A DNA stretch of 64,000 nucleotides from an uncultured Myxococcales bacterium. Its GTDB lineage: Bacteria > Myxococcota_A > Polyangia > JAAYKL01. The notes below the pieces were generated by a model that worked only from the letters and a program-made list of their open reading frames with translations, did no database searches and was not told the origin of the DNA. Made by a program: the position numbers and the translations under genes. Within the stretch, counting starts at the first letter, position 1, and every line of letters starts with the position of its first letter. Below are positions 8,976-18,431 of this stretch, piece after piece. The stretch is taken from assembly GCA_964530995.1 (NCBI GenBank), contig CAZHCG010000001.1:14942-78941 (forward strand), given 5' to 3'.

Positions 8976-10064
8976 ATGCAGCTTCACCAGTCCACCGTGC
9001 TGATGATGCTCACCTACCTCGGCGTCGAGGCCGAGGAGGGTGAGGATCTCGACTCCACGCTCGACGAGTCGCTCGCCGAGTACAACCTCGACCGGGACCA
9101 GTTCCTCACGCGGGAGACCTGCTTCTCGCTGGGGTACCACCGCGGCCTGGCCGGGCGCCCCTTCTCCGACGAGCAGGCGCCGCAGGGCGACGACGGCCCC
9201 GACAAGGAGCTCATGGAGCTCATCGAGGACGGCTACGCCTACGGCCTGGAGGCACGGGACCTGCGCCTGTCGCCGCCGCCCAGCCTGGTGCTGACCGCCC
9301 ACGACGCCAACGAGCTCGAGGCCGGGATGCTGGCCAAGTGGGCCGAGGAGCTCGACCTCTCCGAGGGTCAGCGCCTGGCGCACGCCATCAACATCGGCAG
9401 CGGCAAGTCCGCCGTCACCGTCCCCGCCGGCACCCCGGTGGACGTCCTCGGTGAGGCCGAGAAGGACGGCGTCCCGCACACCATCGTGCTGTTCGACGGG
9501 TCGGCGCTCCTGGTCCCCAACCCCGAGGACGCCTCCAACATCGTCTCCGCGGACACGGCCGTTGCCCCGGAGAAGAAGACCCGCAAGGGCAAGAAGAAGA
9601 GCGGCGGCGCCAAGCGCGAGCGCGGTCCGACCCTCAAGCAGGGCATCATCAAGGTCATCGAGGGCGGCGACGGCGGCCCCGGCCCCCTGCAGACCAACGG
9701 GCAGTTCGCCAGCCGCGTCAAGGCCGTGTGCCGCGAGATGGGCATCGGCGACAAGGCCGGCAAGTTCGTCCAGCAGGCGGACCGGCACGTGCCCTACTAC
9801 CTCAACTGCTACCGCCCGACCAAGCAGGGTGAGCCCGGCCGCCTCGGCGTCGAGCAGCCGTTGGCCTGGGTGGTCGCCGCCACCGTGGCCCGCAAGTACT
9901 ACCTGCGCGCCGACGGCTCCCACGAGGAGCGGATGAAGGCCATCCCCGCCGACCTCATGTCCCAGATGGAGGACCGCGAGGCGCGGGTGGAGACCACCGC
10001 CCCGGCCCCGGCCGAGCCCAAGAAGAAGAGCAAGGACGACGCCAAGGACAAGTCCAAGGAGTAG
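8976..10064 (+). CDS. hypothetical protein with a basic linker
   Basis: Ribosome-binding site AAGAAAGGAAC; the upstream part of ORF 8913..10064 is unlikely to be coding. Confidence 0.55.
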   Translation: MQLHQSTVLMMLTYLGVEAEEGEDLDSTLDESLAEYNLDRDQFLTRETCFSLGYHRGLAGRPFSDEQAPQGDDGPDKELMELIEDGYAYGLEARDLRLSPPPSLVLTAHDANELEAGMLAKWAEELDLSEGQRLAHAINIGSGKSAVTVPAGTPVDVLGEAEKDGVPHTIVLFDGSALLVPNPEDASNIVSADTAVAPEKKTRKGKKKSGGAKRERGPTLKQGIIKVIEGGDGGPGPLQTNGQFASRVKAVCREMGIGDKAGKFVQQADRHVPYYLNCYRPTKQGEPGRLGVEQPLAWVVAATVARKYYLRADGSHEERMKAIPADLMSQMEDREARVETTAPAPAEPKKKSKDDAKDKSKE

Positions 10065-10139
10065 TTCATCGGCGCTGACGGCCATACCGGCCATACCGGC
10101 CAGAGCGCCTCGCCGAGGAACGACCCCCTGTCCACCGCT

Positions 10140-10418
10140 TTGAGGGAGTCACTCGGCGGGGCGCTCGCGGCGCATAGAAAGCGAGTCAAGTCCCATTCGA
10201 CGCTCACTGGCGTCATTGACTCGTCCGCCCTCAAGAAGCGCATTCTGAAGCCAAAGACCAGGACGAAGACCTACGGCGGAGAGCGACCTGAGCCCAAACG
10301 CGAGGTGAAGGTGGTGCGCCCGAAGTCAGACCGTGGAAAAAAGCTCAGTGCGTCTGAGAAACGACGTCGACGAAAACGCCGCAAAGCGGCCCAGAAATCA
10401 AAGAAGAGAAACCGATGA
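10140..10418 (+). CDS. small, highly basic K/R-rich protein, possibly nucleic-acid binding
   Basis: TTG start; its stop overlaps the next ATG (ATGA), which suggests translational coupling. Confidence 0.4.
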   Translation: MRESLGGALAAHRKRVKSHSTLTGVIDSSALKKRILKPKTRTKTYGGERPEPKREVKVVRPKSDRGKKLSASEKRRRRKRRKAAQKSKKRNR

Positions 10419-11188
10419 GAGTGCAGAAATGCGCTGAGACGGCGTTTGCTATCATCGACTGCGACTGCGACCCACAGCAGGACATGATTCAACGCCAGAT
10501 AAAGTTTCAAAAGCGCGTCGGAACCTGGGACGACTCCATCAAGGATTACGGCCCAAATCCGAAGTGTGATCCACGTAAGGTGGTGTGGATGCTCGACCTT
10601 GCCCTGCAGGAGGCCAGCGAAGCGTGGGACCTAGTCGAGGGCGGCTGGAAGGGCCACAAGCTCAACCCTGACCCGATGGACGACGGCGAGGTCCTCATGG
10701 AGCTCGTAGACGTGGCACACTACGTCTGGAACGCCTACGCCTTCGCCGGCGGGCAGCCACATCCGGACCTCGTCGCCGCCGCAGTGTGCGCATGCCGCCA
10801 GAACCTGCAGCTTCCCACGCTCAATATGTTCCTGGCGTGGCAGAAGGGCACCATGCTCTGGTCCGGTGGCAACAGCGAAGACATGGAGTTCAAGTACGGC
10901 TATCACGAATGGGCGCACGGTACGGATGCCGAGAAGGCGGTGGCCTCGCGCATCAACTGCCTGCGCGCTCAGATCGCCGGAGTGGCCGAGACTTACCGCT
11001 CTTCAATGGTCGGGTTCAGAGACCGCCTCGACAAGTACCCTGTCGCGCCTGGATTCGTGTTCGACGAGATCGTTCCTCACATGTATGCCGCTGCCGCCGC
11101 GATTCCAGGGTGTGACGAGCAGACCTTTTACTCCGCGTTCGTGCACAAGAACGACATCAACCACGGGAGGCAAGACGATGGGTACTGA
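10415..11188 (+). CDS. MazG-like all-alpha nucleoside triphosphate pyrophosphohydrolase (dUTPase/dCTPase family)
   Basis: EExxE-type helices LALQEASEAWDLVEGG and ELVDVAHYVWNAYAF. Confidence 0.65.
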   Translation: MRVQKCAETAFAIIDCDCDPQQDMIQRQIKFQKRVGTWDDSIKDYGPNPKCDPRKVVWMLDLALQEASEAWDLVEGGWKGHKLNPDPMDDGEVLMELVDVAHYVWNAYAFAGGQPHPDLVAAAVCACRQNLQLPTLNMFLAWQKGTMLWSGGNSEDMEFKYGYHEWAHGTDAEKAVASRINCLRAQIAGVAETYRSSMVGFRDRLDKYPVAPGFVFDEIVPHMYAAAAAIPGCDEQTFYSAFVHKNDINHGRQDDGY

Positions 11189-12410
11189 GGGGTACAGGGC
11201 GCTCGGCAATGAGGAACAGCTCGAGCAGATCGGCGTCAACATGGCGACGGCAGACAAATTCGATGCCGTAGGCGCGTGCATCTTCGCTGGAGGATTCAGC
11301 TTCGGCATGGAGCAGGCCGGATTCGACGTGGCCGGACATTTCGAATTCCCTGGGCTCGACCTAGGAGCCGATGTGTCGCGTCAACGCTGGCCTGTATTCA
11401 TTGGGTCGCTCGAGGAGTGGGTAGCCCCGTTCGGCAATGGCATGGACCAGCCGCACGTCCTGTTCATGAACCCACCGTGTGTCGCATACGCCGGAACGGG
11501 CAAGCACCAGGGTACATCAGACGACCGCATGTGCTACCTGCGATGGTGCGTCGAGTGGGCGATGCGCGTGCAACCGGAGGTGTGGGCGTGGGAACTCGTG
11601 CCAGGCATCTACGGCAAAGACAGGTCGTGGCTCGAGGCCATGACGTTCAGGGCTGGCAGGCTCGGCTACAAGTGCTGGGCGTTTCTGACCAGCTCGGCAC
11701 TGCACGGTGGGTACATGGACAGGCGCCGGTTCCACTTCGTGGCATCCAGAGTCGAGCTGGATTTCGAGGCCTCGTACGCCGCGGACTGGGACAGCCACAA
11801 GGGCGTCCTCACGCTCGGCGACGCCCTGGCGTCCGTCAGCCACGCGAGGGAGATGCATGGGCCGCTACCGAACGACAAGAACACCTACCACGGCGCCTTC
11901 GCGGACATCATCCCGTACTGCGCCCCGGGCATGCACCTCGGCAACCTGCCCGATGAGATCATGCACGAGCACTATCGCCCACGTGGCCGCCCATGGTCTG
12001 GCTCCGGGCGACCCGGGTTTTCGCACACTCGTGGCCGACTCGATCGTCCCAGCCCTAACGTGCTGGGAGGGCATACCATATTCCACCCCGTCGAAGACCG
12101 CTACCTGACCCCACGCGAGAAGGCTACGATCATGGGGTTCCCCACCGATTACGCCTTCAGCCGCGGCAGCAAGGCGTACCAGGAGATCGGACGCGGGCTG
12201 TGCACTCACAACGCGAGGTTCCTAGGCGTTGCCATCATGGACGGACTGAAGGCCGGACAGCCGGCAGATGTGGATCGCAAGCTGCACGCCGTGGACTGGC
12301 GCAGCAGGGCGAAGAAGCTCAATATGTCCATGACCCGCGAGGAACTGTTCGAGTGGTACCGAGGACGCCACAGAGAGGACCCGCCGGAGTCATACGGCAT
12401 GCGCCGATGA
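11178..12410 (+). CDS. DNA cytosine-C5 methyltransferase-fold protein (motif IV NPPC, catalytic Cys present)
   Basis: Motif I IFAGGFSFGMEQAGF; motif IV FMNPPCVAY; ENV-like WELVPGI; motif VIII-like GGYMDRRRFHFVAS. Confidence 0.8.
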   Translation: MGTEGYRALGNEEQLEQIGVNMATADKFDAVGACIFAGGFSFGMEQAGFDVAGHFEFPGLDLGADVSRQRWPVFIGSLEEWVAPFGNGMDQPHVLFMNPPCVAYAGTGKHQGTSDDRMCYLRWCVEWAMRVQPEVWAWELVPGIYGKDRSWLEAMTFRAGRLGYKCWAFLTSSALHGGYMDRRRFHFVASRVELDFEASYAADWDSHKGVLTLGDALASVSHAREMHGPLPNDKNTYHGAFADIIPYCAPGMHLGNLPDEIMHEHYRPRGRPWSGSGRPGFSHTRGRLDRPSPNVLGGHTIFHPVEDRYLTPREKATIMGFPTDYAFSRGSKAYQEIGRGLCTHNARFLGVAIMDGLKAGQPADVDRKLHAVDWRSRAKKLNMSMTREELFEWYRGRHREDPPESYGMRR

Positions 12411-12416
12411 AACAGT

Positions 12417-12435
12417 CCCCCCACCGCATGGGGGG
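12417..12435 (+). terminator. hairpin CCCCCC-ACCGCAT-GGGGGG between the methyltransferase paralogs
   Basis: Perfect 6-bp G/C stem; immediately followed by a -10 element. Confidence 0.35.
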
Positions 12436-12437
12436 CA

Positions 12438-12446
12438 TGGTATAAT
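12438..12446 (+). promoter_or_regulatory. extended -10 promoter element TGGTATAAT
   Basis: Motif family member; GGGAGG ribosome-binding site and ATG 12479 downstream. Confidence 0.5.
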
Positions 12447-12478
12447 GTATTCATGGACCAAGAGATGGGAGGCCCAAA

Positions 12479-14329
12479 ATGCCGAGAAACTACGGGGAGC
12501 CAAGACTTGCGCTCGATGAGATCAAGCGCAGGATTGGCGAGAGTGAGAACCTGACCGCGCTGGGAGCCTGCGTCTTCGCGGGCGGCTTCAGCTTCGGGAT
12601 GGAGGAGGCCGGCTTCGACGTCGTCGGCCACCTGGAACTGCCGGACCTGGACGTCGGAGCTGGGACCGCCAGCCAGCGATGGCCAGTGGCTGTGGCGCCG
12701 CTCGACGACGCGTACGAGCACAAGAACCGGCACGGCAACCACACGACGTGGATGAACGCCGTGGACGAGCTGCTCGAGGAGGAGCTCGTGCCCGACGTCC
12801 TCCACATGAACCCGCCCTACTCGGCGTTCGCGCAGACCGGACTGCAGCGCGGGCTGTCCGATCCGGTCATGTGCTACCTGGAGTACTGCGTGCACCGCCT
12901 GGCGCTTCGGCTGAAGCCCAAGGTGTTCGTCTGGGAGCTCGTGCCCGGCATCTGGGACCGCGAGCCGCAGTTCATCAACTCGATGGCAGCTGCCGCCGCG
13001 GAGCATGGGTACAGGACCTACTCGTTCCTGACCACCGCCGCGCTTCACGGCGGGTTCCAGAACCGCAACCGCTTCCACTTCATCGCCAGCAAGTACGCGC
13101 TGGACTTCGAGGGAGTGTACGAGAGGGAGCCCGCCGACCGCAAGGCCTGCCGGACGCTGGGCGACGTGCTCCAGATCGTGGACGACGCTCAGGCGGAGTT
13201 GGGACGGCTCCCGAACCACGAGGCGGACTACCAGTCCACCGGCGCACTGGACGCCATCCTTCCGTTCGTGCCGCCTGGCGGGTACCTCGGAGACGTGCCT
13301 GACCCCGTGCTCTACGAGCACTACAGGCCGAACGGTCAGCCGTGGAAGGGCACCGGTCGCCCCGGCGCGACGCGCGTGCGTGGGCGCATGGACCGCACCT
13401 GTCCGGTCATCATCGGCGGCGCCAGCATCGTCCACCCGGAGAAGGACCGCTGGCTGACCGTCAGGGAGTGCGCCGCGGCGCAGGGATTCCCGATGGACTA
13501 CGAGTTCCCCAACGGTGGCAACGGCTACGCCGAGGTCGGCAAGGGCCTCTGCACGCACAACGCCGCCTTCGTGGGACGGGTCATCTGGGATGCCCTGGCG
13601 AACAAGACGGACGCCGAGCCCAACGTCGTCGCTGAGCTGATCGACTGGCGCAAGCGCACCAGCGTGCCGAAGATGACGCCGAGCATCGAAGAGCGCCGGG
13701 CGTGGTTCAAGGAGAAGCACCCCGACCTTCCCATCGAGTACGCCGAACGCAAGAAGAGCGCCAAGAAGGGCGGCAAGAAGCGCTCTCGCAAGCAGGCCAC
13801 GTGCATCGCAGTCCCAGCGTACGACGGCGGCGAGAAGAGCGCGCGTGTCATGCGCATGCTGCGGCTCTGCGGCATCACGGCGATCGTCCCGCCGGACAAC
13901 GACCCCGCCGGCCGAGTGGCCGCGTTCCAGGGCAGCTCGCTGGCGCTCCTCATCGCGGAGGACCAGGCGGCCGCCTTCCAGGCGTTCATGGACGTCGGCA
14001 CGGCGCTGGGAGCCAGCAAGCCGGTCCTGACGATGTTCCCCGACGGAGTGCCCACTCCGCCCGGAGTGACCCCCATCCCGGACGAGGCTGACGCCGCGTT
14101 CGTGGTCAAGTCCATCGTGGAGAGGTCCGGAATGAACGTCGCTGACGTGGTCCAAGCGGTCATCAACCGCCTGGCCGGAGACGCCGCGTCCCTCACCACC
14201 ATCCTTAACATCGCCCTGGAGATGATCCCGGACGACGACTACGGAGAGGACGAGGTCAGCGAGGAAGACCTCGAGGACGAGGACGAGGAGAACCAGGACG
14301 CCTACGAGGTCACCGACGACGAGGACTAG
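12479..14329 (+). CDS. paralogous C5-methyltransferase-fold protein with motif IV NPPY (Cys replaced by Tyr) and a long acidic C-terminal extension
   Basis: VFAGGFSFGMEEAGF; HMNPPYSAF; WELVPGI; canonical QxRxR as FQNRNRFHFIAS; collinear with the 11178..12410 product through the target-recognition region (YEHYRPNGQPWKGTGRPG…GLCTHNAAF). Confidence 0.8.
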   Translation: MPRNYGEPRLALDEIKRRIGESENLTALGACVFAGGFSFGMEEAGFDVVGHLELPDLDVGAGTASQRWPVAVAPLDDAYEHKNRHGNHTTWMNAVDELLEEELVPDVLHMNPPYSAFAQTGLQRGLSDPVMCYLEYCVHRLALRLKPKVFVWELVPGIWDREPQFINSMAAAAAEHGYRTYSFLTTAALHGGFQNRNRFHFIASKYALDFEGVYEREPADRKACRTLGDVLQIVDDAQAELGRLPNHEADYQSTGALDAILPFVPPGGYLGDVPDPVLYEHYRPNGQPWKGTGRPGATRVRGRMDRTCPVIIGGASIVHPEKDRWLTVRECAAAQGFPMDYEFPNGGNGYAEVGKGLCTHNAAFVGRVIWDALANKTDAEPNVVAELIDWRKRTSVPKMTPSIEERRAWFKEKHPDLPIEYAERKKSAKKGGKKRSRKQATCIAVPAYDGGEKSARVMRMLRLCGITAIVPPDNDPAGRVAAFQGSSLALLIAEDQAAAFQAFMDVGTALGASKPVLTMFPDGVPTPPGVTPIPDEADAAFVVKSIVERSGMNVADVVQAVINRLAGDAASLTTILNIALEMIPDDDYGEDEVSEEDLEDEDEENQDAYEVTDDED

Positions 14330-14332
14330 AAC

Positions 14333-15322
14333 ATGGCCCTGAAGAACGAGGCGTCATACAGCGACTCACGCGCCAACATGCTCGACGCGTGTGCGAGGCA
14401 GTACTTCTACGGCGTATATCGCATGTGGAACGGGTGGTGGTACGGCAAGCGCCCTCCCGCCAGTCGAGACGCAGAGGAGGCCTACGTAGCGAAGCACGCC
14501 TCGACCGGCTCTCAGTGGGCCGGCAAGCTGGTGCACGGCTCGGCAGAACACGCGCTCAAGAGCGCGAGGCGACAGCGGGGATTCCTGCAGTCGTCTGGCG
14601 GCATGCGCGGCCTGGCCACGGCCTTGAGCCGAAGGGCGGCCGGCGAGATCGACGTCGGGCTCCGGCAGGCCAGGACGCAACGAACCGGCAACCCAAAGCA
14701 GCGGATACAACTCGTCGAGGTAACCCATGGCCTCCCCTTCGACGAGTCCCAATTCCGCAACAGGGTCAGGTCGCGCATCGCCGCCCTCTGCGCCGATGGT
14801 GACAAATGGGACGGAGACTTCGCGGGCACCAACCTGTTCGAGCGCGCCATATCAGCCAGCGATCGCATCGTGGCCGTGGAGGAGCTCGTCAGGACTGAGA
14901 TTCGCGGGGTCACGATGTTCCTCAAAGTCGACCTCCTCATGAGGTCGCCGAAGGAGAGCCGAGACTGTTCGGTCATCGACTGGAAGACCGGCAAACCTCG
15001 AGACTCGGACGTACAACAGCTCGAGCTTTACACCGTGTGGGCTCACTCCGTGGGATGGAGGCGCGTGTCCGCGTTCGACGCCTACCTCGGCGACGAGTCC
15101 ACCAACGTGGTGCGACACAACATCGACCCAGACGCCGCCGCCAAATCGGTGGGAGAGCGCGTCGCAAGGTTCAGGGACTCGTTGGCAGGCCGGCTGAATG
15201 ACGGCGACCTCGACAAGAACGTGCCAATAGAGAGCAAGTTCGAACCCACTACGAATGCCAGTCAGTGCACCCTATGCTCGTTCGCGAGACTGTGCGAGCG
15301 AGACGGCACGAAGCCACGCTAA
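14333..15322 (+). CDS. PD-(D/E)xK nuclease, Cas4/RecB-like, with a C-terminal Cys cluster
   Basis: Motifs …KVDLLMRS…VIDWKTGKP; C-terminal CTLCSFARLC plus an N-terminal Cys, consistent with Fe-S coordination. Confidence 0.7.
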   Translation: MALKNEASYSDSRANMLDACARQYFYGVYRMWNGWWYGKRPPASRDAEEAYVAKHASTGSQWAGKLVHGSAEHALKSARRQRGFLQSSGGMRGLATALSRRAAGEIDVGLRQARTQRTGNPKQRIQLVEVTHGLPFDESQFRNRVRSRIAALCADGDKWDGDFAGTNLFERAISASDRIVAVEELVRTEIRGVTMFLKVDLLMRSPKESRDCSVIDWKTGKPRDSDVQQLELYTVWAHSVGWRRVSAFDAYLGDESTNVVRHNIDPDAAAKSVGERVARFRDSLAGRLNDGDLDKNVPIESKFEPTTNASQCTLCSFARLCERDGTKPR

Positions 15323-15342
15323 AGGACAAAGTCGAACATTCG

Positions 15343-15362
15343 TGATATACGGTACTATATTA
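15343..15362 (+). promoter_or_regulatory. promoter-like element TGATATACGGTACTATATT
   Basis: Variant of the motif family, upstream of 15387. Confidence 0.4.
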
Positions 15363-15386
15363 CGGTGTAACTCTGGAGCTGGTCAA

Positions 15387-16721
15387 ATGTTCGATACGAA
15401 GCCGACTCAGCAGGGCTTTCTCGCTACGACCATGAAGAGGAACCAGTACTCACGCGACGCGATCATGGGAGTGCTGCAGAGCCTCGGAATGCCGGTGGCC
15501 CTGGACGAGTCGCACATCGTCTTCACCGACTGTGACGCCGCCATCCGATGGATGGTGGTGGCGGGCGACGACCAGATCGCGTCGCTCTTCTCGGCCTTCG
15601 AGGACCCGGACAAGTACGGCAAGGCTCGCGAGGCCTTCCGGTCGCTCGCGCCGCCCATCGCGATCAAGCACGTCATGTCCCCCGGCGTGTCCATGCGGGG
15701 AGGCGCCGCCGTCCTGGATGGGTGTGCGATGCGCGTGCGCATCAACCCGCGCGTCAATGCCAACGAGGGCCCCGAGGCCTTCGTGGTGCCGGTCCGCAAG
15801 GAGATGATGATGAGCGGGGCCGAGTGGGTGCAGATGGTCGCCCTTGTCCCCAAGGCCCAGTTGCCCGAGTGGATGGCGATCGTGCACGCCGCGCACGCCG
15901 CCGACCGCTCTTTCGACGTTCGACGCCAGGTCATGCGCGTTTACAACGGTCCCGATGTTCCGATCTCTCCCATGAGCTTGGACGGGCTGATTCTCGATGA
16001 CCGAGTGCTTCGCGAGTTTCCGGACGACATCACCGGGTTCCTGAGCCGGCGGGACTGGTACGTCAAGCGCAGCCTGCCGTGGTCTCGCAAGTACCTGCTG
16101 GATGGCCCGCCGGGCACCGGCAAGACGTCCCTTGCGAGATGGGCCGCCACCAGCCTCGGTATGCCTGCCATCTCGTTCGACTTCACGGACAAGTTGGCTG
16201 ACGGCCGAGACTTCAGCATGTGCCTGTCGTACGCCGGTCGTCGGGCGCCGTGCTTGCTGGTCCTGGACGACATCGACAAGGTGTTCGGCGGCGACAACAA
16301 GACCGGCATCACGGCTCACACCCTGCTGACGGCGTTCTCCGGCATGAGCGGCATGGACGGAGTGATCGTCATCGCCACGTCCAACTCGACCAACCCGTTC
16401 AAGCAGACGTTCAACAACGACCCGTCCACTCCCATGATGCGGCGCTTCGACCAGATCGTCAAGTTTCCGCTTCCGACTGCGGAGCATCGGCTCAGGTACC
16501 TGGAGCGGCTGCTCAACGAGGACGGAGTCGGCATGGACGCGCTCACCACCATGGCGCAGAGCTCCGATGGATGGTCATTCGATGACCTGAGGGCGGCGGT
16601 CACATCTGCCGCGAACCGCATGATCGCGAGGAAGGGCGACACCATCAACGAAGACGACCTCAACCACGGGATCCGAGCGGTCACCACGCGTCGCGACGAG
16701 TCAACTCCAATCGACGGATAG
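15387..16721 (+). CDS. AAA+ ATPase (classical clade)
   Basis: Walker A LLDGPPGTGKTSLA; Walker B CLLVLDDIDK; sensor-1 ATSNS; Arg finger MRRFD. Confidence 0.8.
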   Translation: MFDTKPTQQGFLATTMKRNQYSRDAIMGVLQSLGMPVALDESHIVFTDCDAAIRWMVVAGDDQIASLFSAFEDPDKYGKAREAFRSLAPPIAIKHVMSPGVSMRGGAAVLDGCAMRVRINPRVNANEGPEAFVVPVRKEMMMSGAEWVQMVALVPKAQLPEWMAIVHAAHAADRSFDVRRQVMRVYNGPDVPISPMSLDGLILDDRVLREFPDDITGFLSRRDWYVKRSLPWSRKYLLDGPPGTGKTSLARWAATSLGMPAISFDFTDKLADGRDFSMCLSYAGRRAPCLLVLDDIDKVFGGDNKTGITAHTLLTAFSGMSGMDGVIVIATSNSTNPFKQTFNNDPSTPMMRRFDQIVKFPLPTAEHRLRYLERLLNEDGVGMDALTTMAQSSDGWSFDDLRAAVTSAANRMIARKGDTINEDDLNHGIRAVTTRRDESTPIDG

Positions 16722-16724
16722 GGC

Positions 16725-17105
16725 ATGGACGTCTGGAACGACCAGATCGTCATACAGGGGCTCACCGCGGCATACGGCACCGGAGTCCCTCTCGACACCA
16801 TGCCCATCTACGGCGACGTGCGCCGCATGTCCGTCACTCGCCTAGGCTCCAGCAGCGGCGACATCACTGTGGAGGTATCAGCCAATAAGGACTTCACCGA
16901 CATCCTGATGGAGGTCGAATTTCAGGGCATGAACGGCGCGGGGGCGTCCAACGTGTGGGGGTGCGGATACAAGCCGACCTTCAACGCGCCTAACGGCCTG
17001 TACGTGCGGGCCAAGGACACAGCAGACGCTGGTGACGACATCTCGGTGAAGATCTCCGGCGAGGCTGGCGAGGGTGCGGGTCAGTACAGGGGGATCGGCA
17101 AATGA
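16725..17105 (+). CDS. hypothetical protein
   Basis: Ribosome-binding site GGATAGGG; ATG. Confidence 0.5.
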   Translation: MDVWNDQIVIQGLTAAYGTGVPLDTMPIYGDVRRMSVTRLGSSSGDITVEVSANKDFTDILMEVEFQGMNGAGASNVWGCGYKPTFNAPNGLYVRAKDTADAGDDISVKISGEAGEGAGQYRGIGK

Positions 17106-17440
17106 GCACCGGCGACGTCGTAGTCCTCAAGCCGCCCCCGGGGTCCTGTCCCGGCGGAGGAGGCGCGCCGACTCCGATGGACCTCAGCGTGTTCCTGGAG
17201 ATCATGCTTCAGTGGACGAAGGGCACCCTGTCCAAGGAGTTCACGTACACCGGCCTAGACCTGACGCGCATCAGCTATTTCGACGTGGACGGCGGCACGG
17301 AGCTCTACCGCGTGGAGTTCAGCTACGACGGCAGCGGCTTCCTCGACACTGAGGTCGCAACCAGGCTGGCCGACTCCGCGGCTCAGACGAAGACCTACAC
17401 TCACGCCAGCGGTGTGGTGACGAAGGTGGTAGTCACGTGA
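17102..17440 (+). CDS. hypothetical protein
   Basis: ATGA overlap with the previous gene. Confidence 0.5.
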   Translation: MSTGDVVVLKPPPGSCPGGGGAPTPMDLSVFLEIMLQWTKGTLSKEFTYTGLDLTRISYFDVDGGTELYRVEFSYDGSGFLDTEVATRLADSAAQTKTYTHASGVVTKVVVT

Positions 17441-17946
17441 GGACGACGCCAGCCACCGACGGGAAGAAGCACGCGGGCTCCAACCCGCTGCCACACGACC
17501 ACCACAACCGACCGGAGTCGTTCTCGATCAGCAGCACCGGCACACAGAGCCTGCCGCCCGGTACCACGTACGACCTCGACATCGACCTCGGGCGCACGGG
17601 GTACACCTACGGCAGGGTGTACCTGGAGGGCCCACGCACGATGTCCGGATCAGGGGTGCTGTGGCAGGAGTGCGCCGAGGTGGTCGTCACTACGGACTCC
17701 GCGGACGCCAGGTCCCACAGCGTTAGGGACTCGAACTTCAAGAAGGTGTACGCCGGCCACTACTCGAAGCCGCAGGGCGACGCGTGGCTCAGCCACAAGA
17801 TCTTCGACTCCGCCACCGGACTGACACAAAGGTACATCGCCCTGCTGGACGCATGGATCACCGGCAGCACACTGCGGCTCAGGTTCCACAACTACTTTGG
17901 CGGCTCCGCGTTCCTGTGGGTCGAGGGGCAGGCGGTGATGCGATGA
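17437..17946 (+). CDS. member A of a tandem three-gene paralog family (HDHH motif)
   Basis: GTGA overlap start; N-terminal HDHHNRPESF; C-terminal LDAWITGSTLRLRFHNY. Confidence 0.55.
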   Translation: MRTTPATDGKKHAGSNPLPHDHHNRPESFSISSTGTQSLPPGTTYDLDIDLGRTGYTYGRVYLEGPRTMSGSGVLWQECAEVVVTTDSADARSHSVRDSNFKKVYAGHYSKPQGDAWLSHKIFDSATGLTQRYIALLDAWITGSTLRLRFHNYFGGSAFLWVEGQAVMR

Positions 17947-18431
17947 GGACGTCGGTCAAAAGGAACACGACGGACCACGCCGACATCCTGGTCCAGACGG
18001 AGCACGACCACCACCCACGCGGTCAGGAGTTTCGCATCATCATCAACTCGACGTCCATCGCGCCGGGCGCCTACGAGCACCGCACCGCGCTGGGAAGGTC
18101 GGGACATCAGACGTCCCGAGGCATTCTGCGCGGCTACAAGCAAATGTCGGTTCAAGGGCATAATGGCCTCTTCTTCGTCGGAGGGCCGAGCTCGGGACAG
18201 TGCTCCGGGATCGGCATGGAACCGTACGGAGGCGGCGGATACTACTCGGCGTACATGGGCGGGTACTCGCGCCTGCACGGCGACTCGTTCCTGAGCAGAT
18301 CGTGGATGTTCGGCCCGAGCATCTACCTCCGTGACGCGTACATCGATGACGATGAATTCGTCCTCGAGTTCTACAACCAGGCCGCCTCAAACAGGAATCT
18401 CAGCTGCTACGGATCGGTGGCAGTCAAGTGA
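17943..18431 (+). CDS. member B of the tandem paralog family
   Basis: ATGA overlap; HDHHPRGQEF…; C-terminal VLEFYNQAASNRNL. Confidence 0.55.
   Translation: MRTSVKRNTTDHADILVQTEHDHHPRGQEFRIIINSTSIAPGAYEHRTALGRSGHQTSRGILRGYKQMSVQGHNGLFFVGGPSSGQCSGIGMEPYGGGGYYSAYMGGYSRLHGDSFLSRSWMFGPSIYLRDAYIDDDEFVLEFYNQAASNRNLSCYGSVAVK

Noticed and set aside
8721-10094. 457-aa minus-strand ORF
   Set aside because: It is antisense to the well-supported + strand gene 8976..10064. The Ala/Gly/Leu/Arg-rich low-complexity translation is typical of spurious antisense ORFs in 65 % GC DNA.
10080-10101. GGCCATACC tandem repeat (two copies plus GGCC)
   Set aside because: Too short and too few copies for a CRISPR array or iteron set; probably a chance or hairpin element in the 3' untranslated region.
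12206-14155. 649-aa minus-strand ORF
   Set aside because: Antisense to the methyltransferase paralog 12479..14329, which has clear catalytic motifs. Its composition is Arg/Ala/Gly-rich and it has no motifs.
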